NCBI GenBank assembly: GCA_026709065.1
Contig: JAPOTS010000024.1
Location: forward strand, 6,959-70,958
Origin: Bacteroidota bacterium
GTDB taxonomy: Bacteria; Bacteroidota; Rhodothermia; Rhodothermales; Bin80
Direction: 5' to 3'
Length of the DNA stretch: 64,000 nt
The position numbers were made by a program, and so were the translations under genes. Positions 61,441 through 64,000 of this stretch are shown here, piece after piece (the first letter of the stretch is position 1; every line of letters starts with the position of its first letter). Under the pieces are notes generated by a model. The model saw only the letters and a program-made list of their open reading frames with translations. It had not been told where the DNA came from and made no database searches.

Positions 61441-61819
61441 TTGTCAGGAAACATTTTCAAAAGATCTACCCAAGACATGCCTTACAGAATGATTTACCAG
61501 GTCTTTTCTGAGCATTTATGTGTATACACACAGATACGAAAAAGATGGGAATTAATTGTAATTCACTGCAACTGTTTAATTAATTTTTTTGAACCTTTGG
61601 GCTGGTATCTCAACAATCCGGGCACTCACGTATATAATCCCCATTCTAATCATCATTTTGTAAAGGGTTTTTACCAACGAGCATCGTTATTTTCATAGAT
61701 AATCACGAACATAATGGTATAGACTGCCCGAAAACTAAATACATCTAAGGTAATGCCATCACAATTAATTTGTACCTAATTGTGTCTCGCTCCTCTGCTC
61801 AAATAAATTATCACAGAAA

Positions 61820-62857
61820 TTGACAGTTAATACTCATTCTAATCTTCTTAGCGATGATCTTGCTTTCCAAAAGGAAATCCTTCAGGATGTCTCCCGAACG
61901 TTTGCATTGACAATTCCTCAGCTACCCCCTGAACTTCAAATTGCCGTTGGTAACGGTTATCTACTTTGCCGTATTACCGACACGATTGAAGATGAAGAGG
62001 CTCTTTCAGCCATACAAAAACGTGAGTTTTGTGATCGATGGCTATATGTATTGAAAGGTAAATGTGATGCGAAGTCTTTTTCCGAAGACCTATCAAACCT
62101 ATTGACACTCTCTGCCACAGAGCGCGAGAATGATCTGATTCTCAATACCTATCGGGTGATACGTATCACAAATAGCTTTTCTGATGCTCAACAAAAAGCG
62201 CTTCACCGTTGTGTGAGTATTATGGCTGATGGTATGGCTGAGTTCCAGCAGGCTGCAAGCTTAGAAGGACTCTCCGATGTTGATCATTTCAACCGATATT
62301 GCTATCATGTTGCAGGAGTTGTTGGTGAAATGCTCACTGAGTTGTTTTGTCACTACTCTCCGCAAATCGGCGAACGCAGAAAAGATCTCTTCTCGTTGGC
62401 AGCGTCTTTTGGTCAAGGACTCCAGACCACAAATATTCTGAAAGATATTTGGGAAGACCAGCGCAGAGGAGCATGCTGGTTACCACAAAGCGTTTTTGAT
62501 GAATCAGGATTTAAGCTTCAGATGCTTTCACCCGACACCATGGATCCCCGATTCGTTGAGGGCTTGAATTCTTTGATTGCCATTGGGCACCACCATCTGA
62601 AAAACGCGTTACGTTACACTCTTATGATTCCTTCTCATGAAACTGGCATTCGGCGGTTCTGCCTATGGGCCCTCATTATGGCAGTTCTTACTTTACAACG
62701 GATCTATGAGACTCCTACATTCAAGAGCGGCCAAGAAGTCAAAATTTCGCGTCGTGCAGTCAAAGGTGTCATCATTTCTACTACTGCATTATCGCGTTCT
62801 AACACTGGTTTGAAATTGCTGTTTTCAAATCTTAGTCGTCGATTACCCAAAATTTAA
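61820..62857 (+). CDS. Squalene/phytoene synthase family protein (squalene-synthase-like)
   Basis: TTG start. DVSRTFALTI, the first Asp-rich box YLLCRITDTIEDE, YCYHVAGVVG, and the second-box region GLQTTNILKDIWED. Confidence 0.8.
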   Translation: MTVNTHSNLLSDDLAFQKEILQDVSRTFALTIPQLPPELQIAVGNGYLLCRITDTIEDEEALSAIQKREFCDRWLYVLKGKCDAKSFSEDLSNLLTLSATERENDLILNTYRVIRITNSFSDAQQKALHRCVSIMADGMAEFQQAASLEGLSDVDHFNRYCYHVAGVVGEMLTELFCHYSPQIGERRKDLFSLAASFGQGLQTTNILKDIWEDQRRGACWLPQSVFDESGFKLQMLSPDTMDPRFVEGLNSLIAIGHHHLKNALRYTLMIPSHETGIRRFCLWALIMAVLTLQRIYETPTFKSGQEVKISRRAVKGVIISTTALSRSNTGLKLLFSNLSRRLPKI

Positions 62858-63149
62858 TCTCCGCCTATTGACTCTGTCCAATTAAATGTGATTGATGGTA
62901 TGGATGACTTGCATCCTATTATCATTACGTTAAGAGATCAGCCCTCAGATCAGTAACGTCAAAATAATTTTCACCTTGAATTCTTGGCCCAAATATTCAG
63001 TCATTGAGATGGGGAAAATCCTAGTTAAGTAAAATTGAATCATCTCAACAATTGTTGCAATACTCTACGGATTTATTTTTTCCAAAGAGACTCATGAATA
63101 AGCCCAGGTTCATTCAAGCCTGATAGTGACGGTTTCTCCGTATAAGAAA

Positions 63150-63878
63150 TCATCCAAAAAAATCTCTGAGCTGTGGATGCTCACTTGAACGCAACTCAGT
63201 GAGTTGGCCTTGTTGAAGAATTTTCCCTTCAAAAATAAATGCTACATTATCAGCAATGATCTCAGCACATAACAAGTCATGCGTGATAGCCACACTGGTG
63301 ATTCCACGTTCTGCTTTCAATCGCATAATCAGATGTGATACAGTTCGGACGCTGATCGGATCAAGCCCAGTTGTTGGTTCATCACACAATAAAATATCTG
63401 GATTGAGGATGATTGCTCTCGCGAGAGCAATTCGTTTCTTTTGTCCACCAGATAGTTCGGCTGGATACTGATTTGCTACATCTGGTAAATTAACCCAAGC
63501 AATCACATTTTGAATATACTCCCTGCGCTCAACTGGATTCATGGTTGTATGACGACGGAGCACAAAATCCAAATTTTCAGCAACTGTCAATGAATCAAAT
63601 AATGCACCCCCCTGAAATAAATAGCCTATCCTTAATCGACTTGCATTCAAATCTTTTCCAGATAATTCGTCAATGCGCTGACCTTGAACCCAGACTTCTC
63701 CAGAATCGGGAAGCATCAATCCGACCAAATGCTTTAATAAGACACTCTTTCCCGATCCAGATCCTCCCATTACTGCTAGAGTACTCCCCCGCTCCACATT
63801 GACTGAAATCCCTTTCAAAACCTCCCTATCCCCAAACGCCTTGTATATATCACTGATGACTATTTCTGGTTGAGGCAT
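63150..63878 (-). CDS. ABC transporter ATP-binding protein (MlaF-like)
   Basis: ATG at 63878. Walker A GGSGSGKS, signature LSGGQKKR, Walker B ILLCDEPTTGLD. Confidence 0.85.
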   Translation of the reverse strand: MPQPEIVISDIYKAFGDREVLKGISVNVERGSTLAVMGGSGSGKSVLLKHLVGLMLPDSGEVWVQGQRIDELSGKDLNASRLRIGYLFQGGALFDSLTVAENLDFVLRRHTTMNPVERREYIQNVIAWVNLPDVANQYPAELSGGQKKRIALARAIILNPDILLCDEPTTGLDPISVRTVSHLIMRLKAERGITSVAITHDLLCAEIIADNVAFIFEGKILQQGQLTELRSSEHPQLRDFFG

Positions 63879-63880
63879 GT

Positions 63881-64000
63881 TCAACTCCCAAATAAGATTA
63901 ACGAAAGTCTGACCATCAACACGTCTGCCAAGAGAACAAGTAATGATCCGATGACAACCGCCCGCATGGCAGCTTGCCCAACCTCTCTAGTTCCACCTTT
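63881..64000 (-). CDS. ABC transporter permease C-terminus (MlaE-like), partial at the window edge
   Basis: The minus-strand frame reads KGGTREVGQAAMRAVVIGSLLVLLADVLMVRLSLILFGS*. The stop at 63881-63883 lies 2 nt before the ATPase start. Confidence 0.7.
   Translation of the reverse strand, partial: KGGTREVGQAAMRAVVIGSLLVLLADVLMVRLSLILFGS

Noticed and set aside
61417-61698. A 93-aa plus-strand ORF with a TTG start.
   Set aside because: It begins inside the IS1595 remnant's 5' end. It is AT-rich, has no motifs and is probably spurious.

Overview
This 64-kb window comes from a low-GC bacterial chromosome; hand counts on single 60-nt lines give about 42-47% GC in typical genes. The organism is probably a marine member of the FCB superphylum, because two proteins end in T9SS type-A sorting domains and there is a CarboxypepD_reg-type TonB receptor. 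The backbone is housekeeping: purA, secDF, murF-ddl, pyrC, pdxH, ppk1, an E2 acyltransferase, H+-PPase, pth-rplY-prs-tRNA-Gln, and mlaEF-like genes. Several accessory stretches interrupt it:
- A Spondin_N/Calx-beta-like T9SS cargo protein (0.2-3.1 kb).
- An OmpR/HK pair followed by three unknown ORFs and a 730-bp structured non-coding gap (13.6-19.2 kb).
- A phosphorus-themed neighbourhood: ppk2, ppk1, TonB receptor, unknown T9SS protein, Na/Pi transporter (20-31 kb).
- A GC-rich single-gene island encoding an orphan STAND-like NTPase (34.1-36.0 kb).
- A nucleotide-sugar cluster next to tRNA-Gln (41.7-51.1 kb).
- A 2,414-codon adhesin (from the ATG at 52294) with nine Ig-like repeats, Calx-beta domains and an autotransporter barrel, whose GC climbs from about 42% to about 58-60% (52.3-59.5 kb).

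Degraded remnants of four IS families (IS66, ISL3-like, IS5-like, IS1595) and a shattered N6/N4 DNA methyltransferase are scattered through the window. I saw no CRISPR array, rRNA, intact transposase, reverse transcriptase or complete known defence system. I cannot confirm a novel system from sequence alone. The best candidates are the orphan NTPase island, the chimeric giant autotransporter with its adjacent mobile/RM debris, the structured 18.5-19.2 kb gap, and the TonB-receptor/unknown-T9SS-protein pair. All family assignments rest on motif recognition by eye, not on database searches.
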